Shown piece after piece: positions 25,601-37,423 of a DNA stretch of 64,000 nt; within the stretch, counting starts at the first letter, position 1, and every line of letters starts with the position of its first letter. Both the position numbers and the translations under genes were made by a program. The DNA is taken from contig NC_083243.1 of the NCBI RefSeq assembly GCF_032191835.1, positions 175,522,001 to 175,586,000 of the forward strand, given 5' to 3'. The stretch is from Heteronotia binoei. Its lineage: Eukaryota. The notes beneath the pieces were generated by a model that worked only from the letters and a program-made list of their open reading frames with translations, had not been told where the DNA came from and made no database searches.

Positions 25601-27578
25601 GGGTTCTCCAGGCTGCACTTCACCTGTTAGTAGTTCCACTTTGTGGTTCTCAACCAATGGTGGTTGAAAAGCATTTCTTCACAGTAATCACCACCTCGGC
25701 ACAGGTGATGCTTCCACAGGTTAAGCGAGCCATTAAGAGTGCAAGGTCCATCAAAAAAGTCCTGGGATCTAATTGCCTTCATGAGTCTCAAAAAGCAGAC
25801 CAACCTAGCTGATTCCTTCCACAGAGAGGGCACACAATGGCCTTCAAAGCTAATAATCTGCCATATCTGGTCCATCTAGCTTAGTGTCTACCCTGACTGC
25901 CAGCAGCTCTCCAGGAACTTAGGCAGAGATCTTTAACATCATCTGCTACCCAATCTTTAACTGAAGAAGCCATAGATTCTGGGAGCTTCTGTATACCAAA
26001 CAAGATGCTCTATCATTCCGCTATATAGCCTCTCTTCACCATAGGTTGGATCCCACTTAATAATTCCAACTACTGCATGTTAGGGTGATTTTCACCAATT
26101 CTTCTTTCCTGCTGCAGGTCTCTGACTCCCCCTTCACAGCAGCATTTCATGGGGCATCGAGGGATGCTGTGGCAGAGAAAGTCAGTAATTTGGGTGGGGG
26201 GGTCCCAGCCCATGTCAATAGGGACTGCTTCAGACCACTGACAAAGAGTATTGCATCTCATGGGCTATTTGTCATCTGGGACAGTTCCGTGGTTATCATA
26301 AAGACGACAAACTCCTGAGTTTGCCCTATTTTAAACCTAAAGATCTCGCCTCCCCTACTAGAAATAAAAAGGTAAAGATAGTTTCCCTGTGACTTCCCTA
26401 AAACTGCAAGCAAACAGCTTCCTCCACAGCAGAATGGGAACAATGTATTTCATAAATGCTGGATGAAGTCTACTGCGACCCAAATATCCAAGCCCAAGTC
26501 CTTCCTCTTTCAGTTTCACTTACCTTTTTGTAAGCTGAAGTGCAGTTGTGATTGGCATAGGCAACATGGTTGGTGCAGAATAGCTCCCCGCAAGCATCAC
26601 ATTTCAAGGGAAGAAAGTCTGGGAGCATGAAAGGACAGGATGACACATGAGATGAAGCTGTAACAGTTTCCCATGCAACCCTCTAACAGACAATCCAGGT
26701 AGTCTACCAGGTGTCATAATAATGGAATTGCTGGATTTCCTTTATTTTAAGGCATGTGCCTTGTTTCAGTTCCTAAGAACTTAACAGACACATAGGAAAA
26801 TATTCAGATATAATTATCCATAGCTCTCAGATAGCTGAAGCTTGTTTTAGAAGAAGAAGATATTGGATTTATATCCCGCCCTCCACTCCGAAGAGTCTCA
26901 GAGCGGCTCACAATCTCCTTTACCTTCCTCCCCCACAACAGACACCCTGTGAGGTGGGTGGGGCTGAGAGGACTCTCACAGCAGCTGCCCTTTCAAGGAC
27001 AACCTCTGCCAGGGCTATGGCTGACCCAAGGCCATGCTAGCAGGTGCAAGTGGAGGAGTGGGGAATCAAACCCGGTTTTACCAGAATGTTCTTTGTAGGT
27101 TTTCCCTCTTTGTATTCAGTTTTTACTGCAGTTCAAAGGATATCAAATCCAGTGTAGGATAGATAACAGATCTTCTCAACCACCAGAACCTGGGAAGTCT
27201 TCCCATGGCAAGTCCTACAAAGCTCTACACACAAGGAGCCTCAGATACTTCAGGCCTCCTTTGCCCCCTGCTACAAATCACTTAAGTTCCCAGTACTGAG
27301 AAGAAACAAAAGAATCCTCGTTCCAAGTCTCCACTTCCCCCAGTACACAACTGGAATTAGATGTCAGCAGCCCTGATTCTCCCCCTGCCTTCCTTAGAAG
27401 TTGACGGGTGCTGCCTGCTACACCAGTGTATTACCTAAAAGCTCACCCTCCCCTCCATCCGCGCCGCCCAGGAGAAAGCAAGCCCAGGGGTCCACGGGAC
27501 ATGTTACCAACAGAGATTCTCACCGAGCTGCTTGCAAGACGGTTCCGAGCAGTGAGCACCTAAATCAGGGAACTCCAT
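19566..27578 (-). CDS. ZFAND2B: AN1-type zinc finger protein 2B (AIRAPL), 9 coding exons, 272 aa
   Basis: [28 protein letters not shown]...; two AN1 zinc fingers, two UIMs (SEEEALQRALEMSL, EEEDLALAQALSAS), C-terminal CCIS. Exons 27578-27524, 26618-26524, 24233-24102, 23589-23438, 23060-22956, 22485-22413, 21439-21363, 20610-20520 and 19604-19566 sum to 819 nt. AATAAA at 18466-18471. Confidence 0.96.
20032..20315 (+). mobile_element. tRNA-derived SINE (long Squam3-like)
   Basis: gagccagtttggtgtagtggttaag head, (ctt)n tail. Confidence 0.85.
20520..20610 (-). CDS. ZFAND2B: ZFAND2B coding exon 8 (UIM2, polyQ)
   Basis: TQEEEDLALAQALSASEEEYRRQQQQQQQ. Confidence 0.93.
21363..21439 (-). CDS. ZFAND2B: ZFAND2B coding exon 7 (UIM1)
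   Basis: SEEEALQRALEMSLAET. Confidence 0.93.
21990..22279 (+). mobile_element. Sauria SINE-like element, diverged
   Basis: Similar to the 17752 copy; tail ctacctttaccttt. Confidence 0.8.
22413..22485 (-). CDS. ZFAND2B: ZFAND2B coding exon 6
   Basis: AGETARAPQ...DLQNGL, donor gtaagt. Confidence 0.88.
22956..23060 (-). CDS. ZFAND2B: ZFAND2B coding exon 5
   Basis: HAAIDRAQKSTKAPE...PTPSR, phase 2-2. Confidence 0.88.
23438..23589 (-). CDS. ZFAND2B: ZFAND2B coding exon 4
   Basis: IFTNKCQRPGCKQREMMKVVCDQCRGNFCLKHRHPLDHDC. Confidence 0.95.
24102..24233 (-). CDS. ZFAND2B: ZFAND2B coding exon 3
   Basis: DVQVPVCPLCSTPIPVKRGEMPD...PAQRKRK. Confidence 0.95.
26524..26618 (-). CDS. ZFAND2B: ZFAND2B coding exon 2
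   Basis: [32 protein letters not shown]. Confidence 0.95.
26849..27076 (-). mobile_element. tRNA-derived SINE (long Squam3-like), 5'-truncated
   Basis: Matches the 9291 copy. Confidence 0.85.
27524..27578 (-). CDS. ZFAND2B: ZFAND2B coding exon 1
   Basis: gcgccATGG, [18 protein letters not shown], donor gtgaga. Confidence 0.95.
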
Positions 27579-27939
27579 GGCGCTACTTGTGGAGACTGGA
27601 TCCGGGGAGGAAGGATCCTACCTGTAGGGTAGAAAACAGAGAGAGCAAGAGATTAGAGCCCGGGGAAAGAAAATGTCACCACGTCAGGCGGAGATGCAAC
27701 TGCACCCGCAGGGAGGGGAGAAGGAAGGGGAGGAGCTTCAACACCTATGGGTGACTGAGAAACTATTGCAAGGGTGCACCGCAGCACCCAAGAGAAGAAA
27801 TAAGGTGAAGGACAATGACATTCTTGGTGAAAGATACACAGAAGGATGAGTAAAGTCACGAAACCGGAGGCGCAAGTAAGGAAGAATCAGAACCCAAAAC
27901 AGGAGCTAAGCTCCGCCTTCTCTGCTGCAAACAAGGAAA

Positions 27940-28140
27940 CCTGAGCCGGCTCCACCCCACCCACTTCCGCTCCTGGGCTCGATGACGTCATCCAGCTACG
28001 ACCACATGAACTAGCCCTCGAGGGGTTCAATGGGTAGCCTTGCTCGCCGTGCTTCCCGTTGCCACTACCCCATGCCGCGGCGCAGAGAAGGCGCCTCCCT
28101 TGCCTTTAGTCCGACGGCATTCTGGGAAATGTAGTGTGAG
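27940..28140 (-). promoter_or_regulatory. ZFAND2B proximal promoter
   Basis: ETS cacttccgc (27962), CRE tgacgtca (27983-27990), ZNF143/Staf-like gcattctgggaaatgtagt (28117-28135). Confidence 0.65.
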
Positions 28141-28347
28141 GAGAGGCTTAGCCTGCACAGAGATCAGCCGGCCTCAGAGCTGTGTTTAACAAAGCAGGAG
28201 TCAAGTGGCGACTTTAAGACCAACCCATTTTTTTTTTTAATTTAGAACGTAAGCTTTCGTGTGCTCTTAAGCGCACTTCATCAGACGAGGAATCCAGCAC
28301 AGTGAGCAGAGCCATACATAGCTGGTAGGCTGTGCTTCAGACCAACA

Positions 28348-28879
28348 TAGGGTTGCCAAGTCGAATTTAAGAAATATCTGGGGACTTTGGGGGTGGAGCC
28401 AGGAGACTTTGGGGATGGAGCCAGGAGACATTAGGGGTGGTGCTAAGATCAAGGCTGTGACAAGCATCATTGAACTCCAAAGGGAGTTCTGGCCATCACA
28501 TTTCGAGGGACGGCACACCTTTTTCAATGCCTTCCTTCCATAGGAAATAATGGATAGGGGCACCTTCTTTGGGGGCTCATAGAATTGGACCCCCTGGTCC
28601 AAACTTTTTGAAACTTGGGGGGTATTTTGGGGAGAGGCACTAGATGCTATACTGAAAATTTGGTGCCTCTACCCCCCAAAACAGCCCCCCCTAGAGCCCC
28701 AGATACCCGCGGATCGATTCTCCATGATTTTCTATGGGAATAAATCTCCATAGGGAATCATGAGTTCCCAGTAGACATTTCCCTCCCCTCCCCCCGCTTT
28801 CTGACGACCCTGAAGCGGGGGGGGGGAGGGCCTCCAAACCGGGGGATCCCCTGCCCCCACCTGGGGATTGGCAACCCGA
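28348..28879. mobile_element. Non-autonomous hAT (Blackjack-like) element, copy 3
   Basis: TIR tagggttgcca / tggcaacccga; perfect TSD GACCAACA. Confidence 0.9.
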
Positions 28880-28935
28880 GACCAACACGGCTGCCCGCTT
28901 GGATCCATCAGAGCTGTTTAGTTTATTTGTTTTCT

Positions 28936-29222
28936 TGCCTCTAGGGGGCGTTGTAGGCTAGCCATTCTAGAAGCGGGATGGAGCGATGCATGACGGGGCT
29001 TGTAGTCTTCAGGTTGGGTGTTCCCCGCCCTTTTCATTGGCAGAGCATAGCCGAAGCATTTCTATCACAGACTCCGTTCGTGGGGGTGATGCGCACGCTC
29101 TAGAAACCGCGGCACGCGGTGTTCTGGCCCCGCCTTTGGGCGGAAGTGTCTCCGTGGTAACGGCGGGCGGTTCGGGACGGAGGGGGCCAAGTCACCGCCC
29201 GCCTCCCTCGGAGCCGGTAAGT
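28936..29222 (+). promoter_or_regulatory. TTLL4 promoter and probable non-coding first exon
   Basis: CTCF-like tgcctctagggggcgttg (28936-28953), ZNF143-like tgcatgacggggcttgtagt (28987-29006), ETS gcggaagtg (29140), donor ccg|gtaagt at 29217. Confidence 0.65.
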
Positions 29223-29506
29223 TAGGAGGGGCTTTCGTGACTCTGATCCTTTGCGGGAACCTCGTGTTTCTCTTGCCCTTCTTTCTTATCAGGGCAATGA
29301 AGTCCCGGTAAAGGGTGAACCTGCCCTACCCCCGAGCAAGGGTAAAGTGAGGGGCGGTGGCCACGATGTTGGGGGGAATCTGGTAAGGATGCCAGCCTCC
29401 AGGTGGGACCTGGGGATCCCCCGGGATTGTAGCTCGTCTCCAGACCACAGAGGTCGGTTCTCCTGGGGAAAATAGATGCTCTGAGGCATTGTATCCCACT
29501 CTATGG

Positions 29507-29773
29507 CAGGATTGGATCTATATGGTTTTTTTGGGGGGGGGGCAAAATTTAAAAATGACGCCCCCTTTTGGGCCATTCTATCTTTTTTATTTATTTATTT
29601 ATGATTTATATCCCACCCTTCCCACCAAGGTGGCTCAGGGCGGCTTACAACAGGTAAATCTTATGGTCCCATTGCATACAATGGACTCCATACCCAATTT
29701 GGTGCCCCCCCTGTGGGCGCCCAAGGGCACGCACCCCCTCTGCCCCCCCCCCCACTTCCTAGATCCAGCCCTG
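29507..29773. mobile_element. hAT MITE nested in an older Blackjack-like element, with an internal L2 tail
   Basis: TIRs caggattggatcta / tagatccagccctg; perfect TSD CTCTATGG. Confidence 0.75.
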
Positions 29774-30679
29774 CTCTATGGCATTGTATCCCACTGAGGT
29801 CCCTCAGCTCTCTAGGCTCCATCCCCAATTCTCCAGGTCAGGAGTTTCCCATCTTGGGTCTTGCAATATCCCCCACTATTGGGTCTTGGGTCTTGCAACA
29901 TCCCCCACTATTGGCTCTAAACAGCCTGGGCATACTTGGAAGACTCTGATACCAGGAGCAGTCCTGTCCCCCCCGTCCCCCCGGCCAGTGTTGTCATGTT
30001 CACTGAATGGCCCCCTTCGTCCTGAACCTGTGAGCGCTCTCCTCCGAGGATTAAAAAGTAGCATTCCTGTATCATGAATTCGGGTGTGTTATAGATCACG
30101 TTTGTGTCGATTGTGAACAGTCCCTGATCAGGTTCGAGTAGGGGAAACGTGAGAAGGATTTCTGACCTCGGTGATGTCGTAGTGGGGAGTTGGGATCCGT
30201 GATTTACGGATATATCTCTGTTTTGCCTGTCTTAGTGTCTAGTCTCAGGCCCAGGTATAGAGTCTTCAGACCTGCCAGGCTGGCAAAGAGTGAATGAGCC
30301 ACCCCACGTGATAACTGTGTTTGTGTGTGGAAGGACATGCAAAGTTGTCCTGCCCATGGCGGCTGTTTCACCTTATTCTGCTTTTCCGTCACTTTTGTTG
30401 TGCATGGTGTCCATCAGCTGTGAGGCATTTTGTTTTGGAAATCTTTGTTATAATGACCCGACAGATTATGGTTGGGATGGCCTCCCACTGAATTTTATTG
30501 AGGTATGTCTGCAAACTACCTGAATTTTCTGACCTGGACTTCGGTTATCGTTCTTCTGGTGTGTAGCGATTGCAGTGTGATCACTGCCACGGCTATTCCA
30601 ACATTTACTTAGTACTAGCACCACACCTGGTGCTGTGAAGGAACATGGAAATGATGTAACCCTTGCCCAGAGGGTTCAC

Positions 30680-30960
30680 GTTACACAAAATGCACAGGAA
30701 GGGGGCTTTTGAATGGATACGAAAGGTGGTAGAAAGTGCGCTGGAATGGTTTTTGGAAAACTTTGCAGATATGGATCTTGAGGCAGGATTTAAAAGAGGA
30801 AGATATCCTGACAGACTGTTCTGACTGGAGATTCATTTTAAGCATAGGGAATTGTATGGAAAAAAAATGAATGGGAGGAGGAGAAAAAGGAGGGCTATAA
30901 GCTTTCAAGAAAGAAAGCGTATGGGGGATGTAAGGTAGAGGGGGATGAGGCAGCAAACAA
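30680..30960 (-). mobile_element. Old L2 3' fragment
   Basis: SSFKSCLKIHICKVF resembles the L2 terminal FKSxLKTHLF motif. Confidence 0.5.
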
Positions 30961-31434
30961 AAGTAGTTAAACTACTGTAAACCCATTATAAGTAGGGCTT
31001 AGAGGTGGGAGCGGCTTAAAAGCAAGGTTTTGATGTCAGAAGGGATGAGAGTCATGGGGAGAAATGAGTATAGAAAAAAAGGGGCAGTAGTTCAGATGAA
31101 CAGGCAGCAGTGCAGAGAAAGATAGCTTGTATGCATTATTAGACAGATGCAGCTGTGTGGAAGTTACGTTGCTGGGTTTGGTGTACACTTAGCCAAGCTG
31201 GTGAGGGACTTCATAACCAGCTAGCTGTATTAGAAAGTGTCCTCTGTTTTACCAATTTCCTTCAATCGTGAAAACTTTCCTCCTTTTGCTCGTTTTCGGC
31301 CGTAGAATTCTCTACAATTAAGCTTGTCTGTTTGCTAATTCTGTGTTCGTGCAGTAATGCTGAATCCCCTGTTTTGTTGCAGATGACAAGTTGAGTCCTG
31401 TTTAGCATTTCACATTCAGGTATTTGCTTTTCAA

Positions 31435-31619
31435 CAGGGCTTCTACAAAAAAAGCCCACCAGGAACTCATTTGCATATTAGATAACACCTCCTGACATCA
31501 CCATTGTTCCACACAGGGCTTTTTTGTAGAAAAAACCAGCAGGAACTCATTTTTATATTAGGTTACACCCCCTGACACCAAACCAGCCCAAACTGCGTTC
31601 TTGCTCAAAAAAAGCCTGG
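31435..31619. mobile_element. hAT MITE with an internal ~80-bp tandem duplication
   Basis: cagggc...aaaaaaagcctg ends; TSD cttttcaa / ctttccaa; related to the 48205 copy. Confidence 0.6.
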
Positions 31620-34039
31620 CTTTCCAAGATTAATTTATGAAGCAGTATGTTTCTCATATTTTGTTAGTGCTTATAGTCAGAAGCCACAGCACACTCTTGG
31701 TGGATTTCATGTATTGTAGCTGTTGCCGCATTCCATGTTTCAACCTTGACAGTGCCTGTTATCTTGCTTCTAGTAGCATAACCTACTGAAAAATTAAAAA
31801 AAAAATCAGTGACATCCTTCTATAATCAATCAATAATAATAATAAGCAATCGATCAATAATAAATTAATCTATCTGTCCATCTATCTAGGTTTAGGGCAG
31901 CAATGGTTTCTTTTCACTGGCTGGCACCCTTCCACCCTCGCCCTTTTGTATATTCTCTTTGTTCCCTCCCCCCTGCCTAGAAACTGGCCGGGAAGTCCAG
32001 AACTGGGAGAAACATGTGTAGGACACCATCTCAGACTTTTACCTCGGTTTCCAATCTGTATCGTATTTGCACTGAATTTTAAACGTTGTGTATATTTTGT
32101 TTTTATGGCATCATCCCCCCCTTGTACATCACCCAGCGCCTGGTGCACGCTGGGATAGGTCAATCAGCAAGCTGAAATCATCACCATCATCATTATCAGC
32201 TTGTTTTAAAGCCCAATCCAAAGATCCTGGTACCAGTGCGTTGGTGATAGAAGTGCTAGTATTGCTAGTCAGAATCCCATGGCTGAACAGCTGGAGGAAG
32301 AATTTTTTTAAGCCTCATCCAGGTGTGAAGACCACAGCAATTGCACTAGAGCCCTTAGGAACCTTGCTATCACCCATCAGTCATAGAGTGCTATGGCCTG
32401 GGGTTTACATACAGTTTTGGAGGGCTGTGATTGGCACCAGATTTAGCCAGTGCCTGGGCTTGGGAATTTGGAAGTGTGTTGTGGGAATTTTTATTTTCAT
32501 GTTGCATGCTTTCAGTGGGAGAGAAATACTACCAGAGCTATCATTGGTGTGGTGGTACTGGTGGGGGGAGGCTTCGGATGTGAACCAAATTCTCTTGCAT
32601 CTCTAGTATACCACTGAGTCCACCCATTTGGGTACTGCAGTTGCAATCCCTGGCACTGACATATCTTCAGGCTATAGCAGCATAGGGTTTTCTCACCATC
32701 CAAAGCTTAGGGCCAGGGATTGCTGACCTGATAGATTACTTTTGCTTCTGGTTTAATGAAATGTACAAAGCACGTTTCTTAACGCTTTTTAGCACAATGT
32801 CGACATTTTCTGGAGGCATTTCTAGTGGGAAACGAGGAAAAGTAACAAGACAACAGAAACAACAAATGGAACCGAAACTCTCTAGAAAAGAAACGGCAGC
32901 TTTATTGTTTCAGCCGCTTTCAATTTTTAAAGAGCTGTCGGCTGCCTATTGCTCGATCCTTTCGTTAGAATTGGGCAGTTCTGAAAATTACAGTGCTTGT
33001 GGTCGGAACACTCCTTAAAGAGCTCTCGTCTGTGAGTAATGAGAACTGCCTTTCTGTCATCTTGAATCTAATTCATGCACTGCTGTTATGATTAAGAGGG
33101 CATCTGCGAGGCTTGGGCGAGAAGTGATCTTTTTGTCAAGAAAGTAGAGCAGTTGTTCTATAGTGGCTCAGTTTGGGAAGTAGGAATTGAAATTTTCAGG
33201 GGTCACCGACCATGATATATTGTCATAGTTTTAATATAATCACCACTGTATACTTTTGCTGGTATTTGGCAGTGGGGCCATATTTGCACTAGCACTATAT
33301 TTTAAGGGAGTCATGTGCTGAAACATCCATCTTGCTCTATTTCTTTGGTCCTCTATTATTTGTGCCAGATAGGGAGATCAGGTATGATGGGGTTCTGTGA
33401 CTTTGATCTATAGAAATCATTTGGATTTATGAGTGTATGGTATTAGAGCATTTTCCTGATGGCTAAATAAAGAAGGTGGGAAATTAGGAGCTAGAAAGAC
33501 CAGTATGCAAAGTACATTAAATTGCATTTGGACTGAACTTTTGAAGAGACCTTTTCATTATCTCTCTATCAGGCCCTGATGCCCAGTAGATAGGTAAAGA
33601 TGATCTAATTCAGGTCTCTTCATCATTAGTAGGAGATTTCTGGTTCACATTCCTCTTCTAACTCTTGGTCTGCTGCAAGTTGCTCTTTAAATTTGCTTTG
33701 TGAGCCGATGTAGCTATCATCTGTAACCGGCGCGCCAAGGTTAATTATTTTTGTCGATATTTGTTTAGCATGCTAGCTACTAGATTGTGACTATCTGCCT
33801 AATGCAGTTTCTTAACTTTCTGGTATATGTCAAAGTGGTCATTAATATACTTTTGAGATAGATCTCCGAATACGTTTAGTGAAGTTAACTGTTTGTCTCT
33901 TATTCAAGAGTACTACAATGAGAATGTAAAGCCAGTCAACAACCATGAGGCCTGAAAGTAAAAATACTCCCTCCAGATATCACATTTAATTTAAGAAATA
34001 TTGAGTCTACATAATGTTTGCTTTTTAAATATATGTCCT

Positions 34040-34260
34040 CATAGGGGCATTCAAAGCCGCTTGCAGTGCATAACACTAAAACAATGTAAGGCTATGTTAA
34101 CTATAAAAATAACATTAAAAACAGCAAGAAGGCTCAAAATGATAAAAACTATAGCACAAAAAACTTCAGCCTATAGCCCAGAAAGCAGCAAACCATTGGT
34201 TTGGATAAACAAAATAGTCTTTGTCTGGAGCCTAAATGATGCCAAAGATGGTACCAAGCC
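34040..34260 (-). mobile_element. Old L2 3' fragment
   Basis: Reverse strand ...catttaggctccagacaaagactattttgttt resembles the L2 terminal motif. Confidence 0.4.
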
Positions 34261-37200
34261 ACACATTCATTCATTTTTGGGTAGTCATTATGTCCTTGAT
34301 AAAGTTTACTTCGCCTTGCTTTTTTCCACATATGTGCTCAAGTGCACAAAGAGTGGAAGTATGCATTACATATAGTTACCAGACAATTTAATTTGCCCTC
34401 ACCCCTTTTCCATGTGCATTCATTGGGACTTTTAAAAAAATTAGTTGTACAGCATAGAGAGAGGGACTCTTTCTGTTTTAAGTGTCCCTAGTGGGCATAA
34501 AAGCCGTGCAGGGATGGCATCTTTCAACAGGAAAACAGCAGGAGAGGAAATGATTAAAGAGCCCCTCTTTTTCCCTTCCACTGTGCTGTTCTCCTCCCTA
34601 CAGAAGGTGGCTAACTGATCACAGAAATACACATAAGATGTACTTTTGTCCAAGTGCATCCAGAAAGTGGATACATTCATCAAGCCCACAGAAATCTGTC
34701 AAGAAGCAGCTGTAGTAGATGCCAGTATGTTTTATTTCTCAGTTTTTTTGTTTTGGGATGAAGTGGCAATAGTAGCATTATGCCAGTCATCTAACAGGTA
34801 AATAAGTATGTAGAATATTGGATGTTACTGAAAAGCATTTTCAGAAGCATAACAAGCAAGGCGATGCCTTTTATTGGGCCAGCTTTGCATCCCTTCCTCT
34901 GTAGTACTAAAATAATAAGAATGGCTAAACCAGAAGTCTGCTTATTCTCTGGACACGAGGAGAGTGTTGTAGAAGTTGATGAGTTCTTTTCCTTAGGACA
35001 CTGGGGAAGCTTAGGTAGAAATAGTGCTGGACAGAATTAAATGGGCTCTGAAAAATTTAGTCTTGTTGCTCATGTTAGGTTCTGGCTCCGCAAAACAGAT
35101 TGAGATTAGTTTTCCTAAAGGTCTTTTTTTCCTTCCCACTCCATACTTTTTAGTATCTAGCTCGATGAAGAGTTCTGGTGAATTTGAATGTTTTGGTTGG
35201 TCTTAATAAAAGATGATTATATAATCTTGTTTTGGGATTTTACTGAGGAATAGTATCTGGAAGACACAAGTAGCGTGTTTGCAAAAGGAAACTCTATGCT
35301 GCCGCTTGCTAGTAGCTCCGTGTAGTCTTTGTTTTTGCCCTAATCTGTGTGTAGAGGTTAGATGTCACTACACATTGGAATGTGTTGTTGGGTGTAGATT
35401 GGGTAATCTAATACATGCCACTGTATCATGTGCCATTTTCTGAAATGGAACACAGCAGTTCAATAGCTAGATGGGCATTGGAGAAAAGTTTCTTCAGCAG
35501 TAGATAAATGTTGCCGTTTATCTGTTGGCTTTTAGGTAAACCCTTGCCTGATAAATCCTGAGAAGTTTAGAAGGGCAGAGGATGTTTTCCAGGTTAGTCC
35601 TGCAGGCTTGTGTGTTATGTTGATCTGTGAAACTGCACAAGTACATGCTCCAGCACAGAGCCAGAAGAGCAGACAAAGTCCTGTTCTGGAACATTAAGGA
35701 GTGTTGATTGTTCTAGCACAGAGGCCGTTTACCTTGGGATGTCGTGGAAGTTGCTTGCGATCGTTCTTTTCCTCTTTGCTGGCCAAAGCTCTGATGGTGG
35801 GAGCTTTTTGTTAACTCATGGATGAGGTGTTTTTAGTAGATTCTGTCTAGGACTGTCTGGAAGAGCATACCATACAGTATCTTGTCTCAGTTTTGATACC
35901 TTTGAATCCCTTTGCTGGGTCATACGGAATCAGCATTGTTTCCGGTAACCTAATTAGCTTATCTCATGAACATTCTGCTATGGAACTGGCCTTCCTTTTT
36001 AGAACAGCTGTAGTTTTTAATGACTGTGCAAACTCTCTTCTGTTTATGGAAATATAGATCATTTTCTTTTTTTCTGCCTGGGACCTTGAAAACCAGCTTC
36101 TAGAAGAAAATGGATGTAAAGACTGCTCTATGGGTCAGTTTGTATCTAAGGTCTTATATTTACTTTCAGGTGCTTTGTGTATGTATACTCATCTTCTCCT
36201 TACAATCTATTAACCTTACTAACATCTCTTTTAAAAAACATATTGCCTGGAAAATACCTTTGCATATTATTGAGGTGTTGTGCGTATTGAGGGAAGCCTC
36301 TCATAATTATCTCAGTAGTGAATTTTAAAGTATATTCATTTGTGCCTCCTGCTGCCTGTGTTGGCATATTGTCGCTTGCAGCCAGAACTGAGTTATTTGG
36401 GTACTGTGTGATTTAGAATATATCGACAAAGTTGAAACAGCCGTTTTTGAATTAGAAATCTGGTAACTGAACAGTCAAACATACCTTGTATGCATGGCAG
36501 ACTCGATTTCAGAAAGTTTCAGCTATTATATGACATTGGGTGGGGACTGGAGAATTAAGCCCTACAAAAAAGTGTCTGAATGTTTTCAAAAGGGGAAAAC
36601 TTAATTGTTTTCTTGCATGTAATTTGTCAGTATGTTGGTACTACTTTGAGTATCAAGTACCTGCTTATCAGCATCCTAATTTGTTCACCCAAAGTGTAGC
36701 TTAGTTTTGTGCATGCCCATTTGTCAAATGGACGTGTGTTCTTGTTTCACATTCTTAACGTTGGTCAAAGCAAGGCTGGGCTACAAAGGCTTCCATCCCA
36801 AGCAGCGTGAGTGGAGTTGTATTAGGGAAGGAAGCGTCTTTGCCTTCCTGCTTTCACTGCAGTCTTCTGTTCCCCCTGAATTTGTGCTCTTGCAAGCCAG
36901 TGGACCTGAAGGAATAATGTGGGGGACAGGCTGGGCAATCTGCAGTTTCAGGGGTGTTTTTTTTGGCTAGAATGTCTCCGCAAGTGAATGCTATTCCATC
37001 AGGGGAGCTGCTGCTGTTTGAAGAGAGCAAACTCCTATACGTTTGTATGTGAATGAAGTTTCAGCTCCCTGATACTGCCACTTCAGAGGTCCAACAGGAA
37101 TTGCTGCCTGCCCAGCAGTGTAGTTTGGTAACCGAATGAAAGACCGATGTGTGAGAATTGAAGCATGCAGCTAACTGGGGGCTGCAGTTATACATGTGTC

Positions 37201-37423
37201 TGCCCTCAGTTGCAGCTATCATTGTGACTGTTCTGTCACTTGATATGTTGCATAAATAACAATTGTGTGGAGGAAGAGCAAATGGGAAAAGAAAAGTCTT
37301 TTGGGACAGAATCAGTCACACAGGTTCATTTACGTGTTTCCCTTTTTCAGGCCGGATATAGTAAAAATGCTGCTCTGATTTCTGTTCACCGCTGTGCTCA
37401 TTGAGGGTATGTGATGGCTCTAC

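Noticed and set aside
32088-32606. 172-aa ORF in TTLL4 intron 1
   Set aside because: No domain, no clear splice context.
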